Below are positions 1 to 12,200 of a stretch of 52,450 nt of DNA, in pieces. Position numbers and translations under genes: made by a program. The notes below the pieces were generated by a model that worked only from the letters and a program-made list of their open reading frames with translations, did not search any database and was not told the origin of the DNA. Origin of the DNA: Macrostomum lignano (lineage: Eukaryota). The stretch is taken from positions 1 through 52,450 of the forward strand of contig NIVC01004266.1 of the NCBI GenBank assembly GCA_002269645.1, given 5' to 3'. The stretch's first letter is position 1. Every line of letters begins with the position of its first letter.

Positions 1-905
1 TTAACCTCACATATTTCATTAACCTCACCTGTTCATTAACCTCACATGTTCATTAACCTCACCTGTTCATTAACCTCACATGTTCATTAACCTCACCTGT
101 TCATTAACCTCACATGTTCATTAACCTCACGTGTTCATTGCCCTCGCCTGTTCATTAACCTCACCTGTTCATTAACCTAACCTGTTCATTAACCTCGCCT
201 GTTCATTAACGTCATCTGTTCATTAACGTCACCTGTTCATTAACCTAACCTGTTCATTAACCTCACCTGTTCATTAACCTCACATGTTCATTAACCTAAC
301 CTGTTCATTAACCTAACCTGTTCATTAACCTAACCTGTTCATTAACCTCACCTGTTCATTAACCTCACATGTTCATTAACCTCACGTGTTCATTGCCCTC
401 GCCTGTTCATTAACCTAACCTGTTCATTAACCTCGCCTGTTCATTAACATCATCTGTCATTAACCTCACCTGTTCATTAACCTCACATGTTCATTAACCT
501 CACGTGTTCATTGCCCTCGCCTGTTCATTAACCTAACCTGTTCATTAACCTCGCCTGTTCATTAACGTCATCTGTTCATTAACCTAACCTGTTCATTAAC
601 CTCACCTGTTCATTAACCTCACATGTTCATTAACCTCATCTGTTCATTAACCTCACATGTTCATTAACCTCACGTGTTTATTGCCCTCGCCTGTTCATTA
701 ACCTCACCTGTTCATTAACCTCATCTGTTCATTAACCTCACCTGTTCATTAACCTCACCTGTTCATTAACCTCACCTGTTCATTAACCTCACATGTTCAT
801 TGCCCTCGCCTGTTCATTAACCTCACCTGTTCATTAACATCATCTGTCATTAACCTCACCTGTTCATTAACGTCATCTGTCATTAACCTCACCTGTTCAT
901 TAATA
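1..905. repeat. 17-bp minisatellite (TTAACCTCACCTGTTCA)n in a TTLL1 intron
   Basis: Tandem units directly visible from base 1; degenerates towards ~960. Confidence 0.95.
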
Positions 906-1066
906 ATATTGTCATCGTCCTGTTTATTACCATCACCTATTCATAACCACCTGTTCATTATCTTCCAGAGTTCATTATACCCCAGTTTCCAGCTATCACC
1001 CTCACTTTTCATTGCTCTTCTGTACAACAATTATCCACTTAAGCCACAATCGACCTGCTAATCTAA

Positions 1067-2364
<1,298 letters not shown>

Positions 2365-2424
2365 AAATGCAAACTGTGATACTCAAACTACTGTAATGTC
2401 TCACTTCTCTTATCCCCTTACTGT

Positions 2425-2650
2425 AGCTCTTCTCCCTCCCCATCTCCCATCTATTCTCACTACCCATCTCCCATCTATTCTCCCTCTCCATCTCCTATCT
2501 ATTCTCCCTACCCATCTCCCATCTATTTTCCCTCCCCATCTCCTATCTATTCTTCCTCTGAATCTCCCATCTATTCTCCTCATCTCCCATCTATTCTCCC
2601 TCTCCATCTCGTATCTATTCTTCCTCCCTATTTATCTATTCCTTTCTCCG
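2425..2650. repeat. CT-rich degenerate tandem repeat (CCCATCTCCCATCTATTCT) in TTLL1 3' UTR
   Basis: Visible pyrimidine-rich units; explains ORFs 2396..2653 and 2410..2607. Confidence 0.85.
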
Positions 2651-3094
2651 TAACTCCTATCTATTCTGTCTTCCTTTCTTCCTTCTATTCTCTCTGTCGT
2701 ATCCATCTTTCATCCTACTTGAAAATTACTGCTTTCTGAGTTTGAGCTGTTTAATGCACTGATTCCGTCCTGACTCTGCGTGCTGTGTTTTTCTAGTCAC
2801 TTATTTTACCCCACGGATTTAAAAATCAATGACAGTTATACAATTATTACGATTGAGTAAAACGGGTCACTTAGTTTCCTAGAAAAGGTTTAAGTTTTCA
2901 CTTTGCAAAACAAAGCCGTACGCCCATATTCGTGTATTTGTAATTTTTTTACCTTGTTAAGTTTTCTTGGCTGCTATTGCGTTAATGTGATCCATTTTTA
3001 TAAAAAAATATGTTGTGAAATAATATCTTTATCACTATTTAAAAGTTGATTCTTATCTCATTGGTTATTTATTGCAGTCAATTATACGTAGTGT

Positions 3095-3100
3095 AATAAA
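3095..3100 (+). promoter_or_regulatory. Probable TTLL1 polyadenylation signal AATAAA
   Basis: First AATAAA I found after the TTLL1 stop; 150 nt before the THADA ATG. Confidence 0.6.
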
Positions 3101-3250
3101 AATATTATAGCATGTCGTCTAAAAAACTTTTAAACATTTCTTCCAGAGCAAGCGTTGTAAATTAATTTCACGCTTATCAGCTTACTGACTGACCTGCGAT
3201 CTCCGAAACGGACGCGCCCGCGCTTTTGGAATTGTTAATTTAAACTGAAA

Positions 3251-6200
3251 ATGTCATCGGGTATTGATAAGGCGCTTCGCCAGGTTATTAATGTGAGTGT
3301 GCGCTGACTGCCTTTTATGTAGGCTTTACAACTGCTTGTGTAATTATTGGCCTGAGTCATTGGCAGCTTGAACCATAGACTATTTATTGAGGGTCTGAGA
3401 TGCTTACAGCAGCCATAGACTAACAAAATTATGGCTTGAGTTCATGGCAGCTAATGCCATAGACTAACCAACTGATAGCAACAGTCCCTGGTAGTTTAAG
3501 CCATAAACCAACCAACTGATAGCCAGAGTTCCTGGTATTTTCAGCCATAGACTAACCAACTGATAGCCAGAGTTCCTGGTATTTTCAGCCATAGACTAAC
3601 CAACTGATAGCCAGAGTTCCTGGTATTTTCAGCCATAGACTAACCAACTGATAGCAACAGTCCCCGGTGGTTTAAGCCATAAACCAACCAACTGATAGCA
3701 AGAGTTCCTTTTAAGCTATAGACTACCCAACTGATAGCGAGAGTCCCTGGTAGTTTGAGCCATAGACTAATCCGATCAAGCACCGGAGACGCTGGCATTT
3801 CAAAAAACAACACTGCCAAATACCATTCTTTAACCGCAGGATGTGTACACCGCCTGCAAGCAGAAGGAGCAGCAGGCTGCTGACGCCAGCGCTGACAACA
3901 GCCCTGTTGGCATGGACTCTGCAGCTGTGCAGGAGAAACTGCAGTTCCTTGAGTGCTACTTGAATAGCGATGTAAGTTTTATTTTGTATATGAAATATGT
4001 AGCCTTAGCCTCTAAAAGTCTCCCCGAATAAGTCAAATTCATCAGCATGTGCAATTCCTAAACCATTGACATTGCAGACCAATAGTTTGTCCAATCGTTG
4101 CAAGGCCGGCTCCGCGTTCATCGCTTTGAAAAAGCACTATCTGGGATGTAATCTGTCCAAAGCTTTGGAGTACTTTGCCTGTAAGACACTTGTTTAATTT
4201 GTTAAGCTAAGCCGAACAATTCAGGGCCACTGTACACCCTGTGTGAGCGTGTGTATGAGTGCGTGCCGTGAGTACAGTATTGGCGCGCTTGTGTGCGCTC
4301 AGGAGTCTGCGGAATGGGCAGAGATAGCCTCGGCGCTGATTGTGGGCACCATGGTGTCTGCAGCCCTCATGCAATTTTTATTTGTGAGTTAGCTAGTTAG
4401 TCAGTCAGTCAGTCATTTAGTCAGTCAGTCAATCAGTCAGCCAGTCAGTCAGTCAGTCAGTCAGCCAGTCAGTCAGCCAGTCAGTCAGCCAGTCAGTTAG
4501 TCAGCCAGTCAGTCAGTCAGTCAGCCAGTCAGTCAGCCAGTCAGTCAGTCAGTCAGTCAGTCAGTCAGCCAGTCAGTCAGTCAGTCAGTCAGCCAGTCAG
4601 TCAGCCAGTCAGTCAGTCAGTCAGTTAGTTAGTCAGTGAAAGCTTCTCCTCCGCCCCATTCCAGGCTCCGCGCTGCCGATGCAGATCTGCCTCATCCAGG
4701 GCCTGGTCACCGCGCACGAGCCCAGCCTCACGGAGGAGAGCGCCGACATCTTGCTGGAGACGCTGTACTCCGGGCTGAAGCAGCAGGACCTGGTGTTCCA
4801 CTGCCTCACCTGCCTGCTGAGTCTGCTCAGCCTTGGCGAGTCCGCCGCAACTCCGCCGGCTCCAGCGGAGGCAGCGGGCGGCTCGCAGCAGCAGCAGCGC
4901 AACTTCTTCACCGCCCCGGCCGTGCTGCAGTCGATCCTGCGCCGCCTGCTGGGCTTCTGGGACTCCCCGCTGTACTTTGTGCCCAACCTGACCGTGAAGA
5001 TCTTCCACTGCATCGTGGCTAACTGGTCCACAGACTCCGGCTCGCCCAATCCCGCCCTGGCTGCCTTCATTGACGAGCTCTGGACAATGCCCATGCTGTG
5101 CCGCGGCGCCCTGCGCTTCTGGTCTGCGCTGGTGCCGCTGCTAGACGAGATCCGCATCATCGGCCTCTGCAGCCGCCTGGTTGACGCTCTGGACGTCAAC
5201 TACACCGCCAGCGCCGCTGCCAGTCTTTTTGGCGTCATCGCCGGGGCGCTGACCCAGCGCGGCAAGACGGACCTGCTAGCCCAGATCTTCCCGGACATGT
5301 GCCACCGGATGCGCCACATGTCGCAGCTGTCGCAGCGCAACTTCTGCTCCCTGATCCTGCCCGTGTACATCGCCTCCGACACGAGTTTCAATTTCAGCGC
5401 CCGGGAACTACCGGACGGCAACAATCCGCACGGGAACTTCTTCGACATTCAGTGCTGGTGCAGCGTGGCCAAGCACTGCAAGCTGCGCGGCCGCCTGCCT
5501 AGAATGCGCATGGCTGATCTGAGAATGGCCCTCATCCACTGCGATGAGCAGACCAGGGCGGCTGCACTGGAGGTGCTCTGTCTGAGCAACAAGCCGGTTA
5601 GTTGCCTGCCCCTGACTGTGTTTGAAATTGCCGATATGTTGTGTAATTAACTTTATAAAGACTGTGTCCCCTTGCCGCACCCAGACGTGCCACATCACGC
5701 CGCAGTCGCTGAAGATGATCCTGGAGTTCTTCTGCCTCAACATGAACTCCGACCAGCCGCCGTTCCGCCAGCGCCTCCTGGCCTGCTTCCGGTCCGTCTG
5801 CCAGCAGGTGAAGGACGGCTGCATCCAGGCACTGCCGGAGCTGAGCACCCGCCTGGCCGCTGAGCCGCCGGCTGAACTGGCGGCAGCTGAAGGGGCAGAG
5901 GAGTACGACGATGGCGGCGGCGCCTCCCGGCTGGTGCACTGCCTGCTGCCCGACATCTCCGTGGCGACGCGGATTGCCCAGTTCGACGCCATCGTCTCCT
6001 CCGCCGCCGTGATCGGCGCCAACTCCGGCGACAAGACCGACAGCGCCGAGGAGTTCCTGGTGTTCGAGGACGACCCGTCGAAGACTTCGCCGGATGCTTT
6101 GCTTAGCAACGTGAAACTGTTGGCGCAGTTCGTTCGTCAGCTGTTGGATAGCGACGTGTGGTTTCCTGGAGCCTGCTACCAGCGCCAGCGCACCTGCATT

Positions 6201-9200
6201 GAGTACCTGCAGATCGCCTGCACGCACTATTTTGGCAGCTCGTCAGGAATGAAGAAACGCGGCTATCCTAGCGAAGTGCTGGACAAGGTGACTCTTATTG
6301 ACGATCTGGGCCATCTTTGGATCCACCAATCTCCAATAATCCCACTCTGGAAATCCAAAGATCCCGCATATTCCCAATAATCCCCCTCTGGAAATTCCAA
6401 GATCTCATCCATCTCCAATAAGCCGACTCTATAAGTCACAATATCCCGTATACGAGCTATTCCCAATAATCCAACTGGAAATCCCAATCTCCCATTCATC
6501 TTCAATAATCACACTCTGGCAATCACAATATCCCATTCATCTCCAATAATCCCACTCTGGAAATCTCAAGATCCCGTATATTCTCAATAATATCACTCTG
6601 GTAATCCTAAGATCCCGTATATTCTCAATAATCCCACTCTGAAAATCCCAAGATCGTGTCTATTCTCAATAATCCCACTCTGGAAATCCCAAGACCCCAC
6701 TCATCTCCAATAATCTCACTCTGAAAAGCCCAATATCCCGTCTATTCCCAATAATCCCACTCTAGAAATTCTAATATCCCATTTTCCCATCACTAAGAGC
6801 GCCATGCATCCCACGCTTCCCCACTCCCACCGCAGGTGACTGAATTCCTTCGCGAGGCGTTCCGCCGCTTCGGCGCTCCCATGGACGGTCCGGAAGCCGC
6901 TGAACGCGTTGTTGGCCGCCTGCTCCGCTCGGCGCTGCACTGCTCCCGGGACATCCAGGACAGCATGCTGGGCCTGCTGACTGAGCACTACCCCATGGCC
7001 CGCCTGCCGCAGGCCGGCCCGGCCAGTCTGGACCGCCTGCTGCCGCTGCTGCTCCGCCGGTGCCATTCGCCGGACGCCGAGCAGTTCCACGGAGCCGGCC
7101 GTGTGCTCGCCTACCTGCTGGCCAATTCCGCCGTGCATGTCGGCGGCGCCGAGCCGCTGCGCTACTGCCTGGACGCGGTGGCGGCCGCCCTGGCCAAAGC
7201 CAAGGCCGAGCCTGCCGCGGCGGCCTCCGAGTGCACCGGCCACGGCTACCTGCTGGCGGCCGGCCTCTACCTCAGCCGGGGTGGCGGCGAGGTCAACCGA
7301 GGACCGGATGTGCAACGGCAGCTGTTTAACGAGGCCACCGCGCTGTGCTTCGACTTGATCGCCTCGCTGATGTCCGTCATGGGCTTCCGAGGCGGCGGCG
7401 GCGAAGGCGGAGGCGAAGTCGCAGATTGGTCAGCCGATGCGGCGCCATCGTTCGAGGAGCTCGGGCGGGCGATTGAGAAGGCGGCCGGGGTAAGTGGTGC
7501 TTAACCATGCCATTCGTTTGGTTCTCAAAATCCCAATAGCCCATAATCCTCGATTCTGAAATCCTAATAACCCATAATCCTCGATTCTGAAATCCCAATA
7601 ACCCATAATCCACGATTGTGAAATCTCATAAATTTAGATAAAAATCCTACGAACTCAAGCCCTATTATCTCAGGCGCCCCCACGCAATCACCCCCGCCAA
7701 CCGCCATCAGGTGGACGCCGATCTGGACGAGGACCTGCTGTCCGGCGCCCGGCTGTCGCCCCACTACCAGCGCATCCTGGCCTGGGCCTGGCGCAACCTG
7801 GCCATGGCTGCCGACCTGCTGGTCCAGCTGTGCGCCGCCCACCTGCGCGCCGCCGATGCCGACATCGACTTGGACGGCGTGCGCCGCGTCGGCCGCCGGC
7901 TGGCCGCCGTGGTGACGGGCAGTCGGCACCGCGGCACCATCGAGGCGGTGGCCAACTCGCTGCGCGAATTCTGCCAGCTGATCCGGTGGCGACAGGAGCT
8001 GGCCGACCTGCCAGGCGAGCTGGTCAACGCGCCGCTGGTTGCTATGGAAACGGCAAGCTATTCGGTAACCAGGCGAAGCGCCGGCCTGCCGCTGCTACTG
8101 ACCTCCGTGCTGTCGGCCGTGTGCGCCGGCCAGTGGTCGGAGCCGCTGCTGGACCGGACGGTGGCCCGGCTGCTGCGCTGCGTTGAGTCGGCCACGGCCG
8201 ATAAGGCGACTGCGGAGGACGAGGCCAAAGGCAGCGATAAGGTGGGCCTCTCAAAGGTTCTGCCCACGCAGCTTTGTTTAAATTGGCTCCAAGCATTACT
8301 GACGCCAAGAAACGCCCCCAATCCATCAGAGAATCCCCCAACCCATCAGAGAATCGCCCAATCCTTCAGAGAATCGCCCAAATCCACCAGAAAATCCCCC
8401 AATCCATCAGAGAATCTCCCTATCCTTTAGAGAATCGCGACAATCCATCAGAGAATCGCCCCAATCCATCAGAGAATCGCCCCAATCCATCAGAGAATCG
8501 CCCCAATCCATCAGAGAATCGCCCCAATCCATCAGAGAATCGCCCCAATCCATCAGAGAATCGCCCTATCCATCAGAAGAATCGGCCCAAAAGCCTTTGC
8601 AAGAGCACTCGAGAATGGAAGGTCTGCATTGCTGTTTCTCCAGCTGTCTCCATTCCCTCACTCGCCGTCTCCCAGGTGGACAGCCCGAAGGTGCACGCCC
8701 TGAACCTGCTGCGTGCAGTGGTTCGCGAAGCGGCCCTGTACAATGCCACCACGCGGCACCACGAGGCCATCACCCGGGCCACCCTGACCAACTTCTCCGA
8801 CCGCTCCTGGGCGGTGCGCAACGCCTGCGTCCAGCTGCTTGGCGCGCTGTCCCAGCGGATGCTGGGCGTCGGCCGGCCGCACATCACGCCGACTGAGTTC
8901 TTCTCGGCTTATCCTCGGTTGCAGCGCTGCTTCCTGGAGGTGCTGGTGCGCGGCGCCAATCCCAGCAGCGCCAAGTTCATCGCCCACCAGGCCACGGTGC
9001 CTGTGCTGTCTTTCCTGTCGCAGCTATCGCCGGATCCTCCGACCGCCCTGCTGGACAATGTCGAGCCGTTCCGGCAGCCCCTGGTGACGCTGCTGTCCAG
9101 TCCGGTGTACGCCATCCGCCTCATGGCCGCCAAGTCCCTGGTGTCGTTCGCTCCGCCCAAAGTGCGGCTGGACCTGCTCAGCGCCCAGGTGCGACTTCTG

Positions 9201-12200
9201 GGGATGTACTTGAAGTAGTGGGTTTGGGATTATAGAGATTCAAAGAGTACAGTAAAATACAACTTTAGTGTGACAAGAAATACTTTGAGTGTGATCTACC
9301 TTTAGTACAGATACTTTAATATCTGAGCTTTTAGATGATTGGCTAATATTGGAGATGCATGGCTGAGATTGGAGATACTTGACTGAGAGTAGAGATACTT
9401 GGCTAAGATCAGAGATACTTGGCTGAGATTGGGGATGCTTGGCTGAGATTAGATTTCGTATAGTACGGTTGAGACTGGAGATACTTGGCTGAGATTTGAG
9501 ATGCTTGTGGTTGAGATTAGAGATATCTTGCCGAGATCGGAGATACTTGGCTGAGATTTGAGATGCTTATGGTTGAGATTAGAGATATCTTGCCGAGATC
9601 GGAGTTACTTGGCTGAGATAGGAGATACTTAGCTGAGATAGGAGATACTTAGCTGAGATAGGAGATACTTAGCTGAGATAGGAGATACTTAGCTAAGATT
9701 AGAGATAATAAAGGTAGAGATTAGTCTACTGCCACTAGGCACTTAGTACACGGAGGCAGCCCCGCCCCCAACTCCCCGCAGGTGCACAATCTCTCCAGCC
9801 TGCACCGCAGCGCCAACTCGCTGCACGGTCACATCCTGCTATGTCAGCGACTGGCCCTCGGCCTCTCCGGTCACCAGGACCTGTCGGTCATCCTGTCCGT
9901 CATTGTCGACCTCCTGCTTGTGCTCATCACCTTTAAGAGCTGGTTCCTAGCTCGCGAGAGTCTCCGACTGCTCCGCCTCCTGATGAAGCGCCACGACCCC
10001 GGCGTCAGCCTCAACCTGCCAAACAGCCTGGCGCCGACTGGGAAAGCGGCTCCGCCCGACATCTTCTTCGACATGTTCGACCAGGAGCTCACCGAGCTGT
10101 CCATGGAGCACCCCAACATCTTCGAGAATGTCCGCTGGGACCCCGGCTACCTGTTCAAGTCGCTGGCCGCCAGCTCCGAGGAGACCACTCAGCACTTCCT
10201 CACCCAGCAGGACCAGCTGAAGGAGCAGCGGATGAAGCTGGCTCTGTCTGGCCGGCGCGGGGTCACCGAGGACATGCCGAAGGCCGTCTGCTCGCCGCAG
10301 GACCTCATCGACTATGCGATTGGGCAGCCGCCTGAGCAGTGTCTCACCAGCAACCTGGCCGTCAGGGTGCTGGCTATGCTGGTCACCTATAATCAGGGAT
10401 TCTTCGCTACCGGGTATCTCAAGGCAAGCATCCGGAAATAAAAAATTCAGATTTATTCTAGTTCAAGTCACAGTCTGCTGTCTGAGACTCACCATCTCAA
10501 AGCCGAGAATCCCAATCCACAAGTGGAGAATCCCAATCGTGAGTAGAGAATCCTGGGAGCACCCAGCTGGCACAGATCACACCCAGCTGGCACAGATCAC
10601 ACCCAGCTGGCACAGATCACACCCAGCTAGCACAGATCACATCCAGCTGGCACAGATCACACCCAGCTGGCACAGATCACACCCAGCTGGCACAGATCAC
10701 ACCCAGCTGGCACAGATCACACCCAGCTGGCACAGATCACACCCAGCTGGCACAGATCACACCCAGCTGGCACAGATCACACCCAGCTGGCACAGATCAC
10801 ACCCAGCTGGCACAGATCACACCCAGCTGGCATAGATCACACCCAGCTGGCACAGATCACACCCAGCTGGCACAGATCACATCCAGCTGGCACAGATCAC
10901 ATCCAGCTGGCAAAGATCACACCCAGCTGGCACAGATCACACCCAGTTGGCATTCTGTATCTCCGCTTCAGCGTCTGCCTGGCGCAGCTCACCAGCTGAC
11001 CTTGCAGTGACCTCTAGCGGTCGAAAGAATGCTAAACTAGCTGGGGCTTCGCTGCCCTGCTAAGCACAAATCGTTGGTCAATTGGCTGTGTTTGGTTCCA
11101 ATTGGCCTGGTGTTGCTTTGTACATTGCTCTCTGTTTCATTAACAAAACTTATGGCAATATGGTGTCCATTTCTTTTTCATCGTGTCAAATTTCCCGAAG
11201 TTTTGTCGGGTTGGAGATAAACCAACGTTAAAGATAAAAATACAGTTCTTGACCTGCATAGGGATTTTTGACTTGGGATTTCAGCTTCGCCATTAAATTA
11301 TTGACTTTGAGGTGGGGTTCTTCATTCTGAGATGAGATTCTTAACTCTGAGATGGGATTATTGACTCTGAGATGAGATTCTTAAATCTAAGATGAGATTC
11401 TTGACTCTGAGATGAGATTCTTGACTCTGAGATGAGATTCTTAACTCTGAGATGAGATTCTTGACTCTGAGATGAGATTTTTCACTCTAAGATGAGATTC
11501 TCGACTCTGAGATAAGATTCTTGACTGTGAAATGAGATTCTTGACTCTGAGATAAGATTCTTAACACTGAGATGAGATTCATGACTCTGAGATAAGATTC
11601 TTGACTGTGAGATGAGATTCTTGACTTTGAGATGAGATTCTTGACTCTGAGATAAGATTCTTAACACTGAGATGAGATTCATGACTCTGAGATAAGATTC
11701 TTGACTGTGAGATGAGATTCTTGACTGTGAGATGAGATTCTTGACTCTGAGATAAGATTCTTAACACTGAGATGAGATTCATGACTCTGAGATGGGATTC
11801 TTGGCTTTTAGAAAGTATTCATAAATCTGTATTTATCGGGATTCCCTGTTTGTGGATATGAATGCCTCAACCTTACCAGCTGGCATCTTGTCTTCAACAA
11901 CAGGAGTACCTGGCCTTCATCAGCGACCAGCTTCGTCAGCTGCCGTCCGACTGCCCGAGCGAGCGGTTCTCGTCGCTGATCCTGCTGCAGAGCCACCTGG
12001 TGAACACGCTGTTCGACAAGGCCGCTTGCCAGGACCTCCTGGCCTACCTGAACCGCTTCTCCGACTACTCGATCAGCGAGGACCTCCGCCTGTCGGCCGC
12101 CAACGCGCTGCTGATTCTGGTGAGCGGCCGGCTGTGGGCGCAGAGCCGGGCCCAGACTGAGGACGAGCGAGTCCGCGAGATCCTGTTCCGCATGCTGTTT

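Noticed and set aside
10949-11040. snoRNA 5' hairpin read as an HDV-like ribozyme or U1-like RNA (GGAGATAC on the minus strand)
   Set aside because: Helix order does not fit HDV, and U1 stem-loops and the Sm site are absent. The H/ACA interpretation explains all conserved positions.
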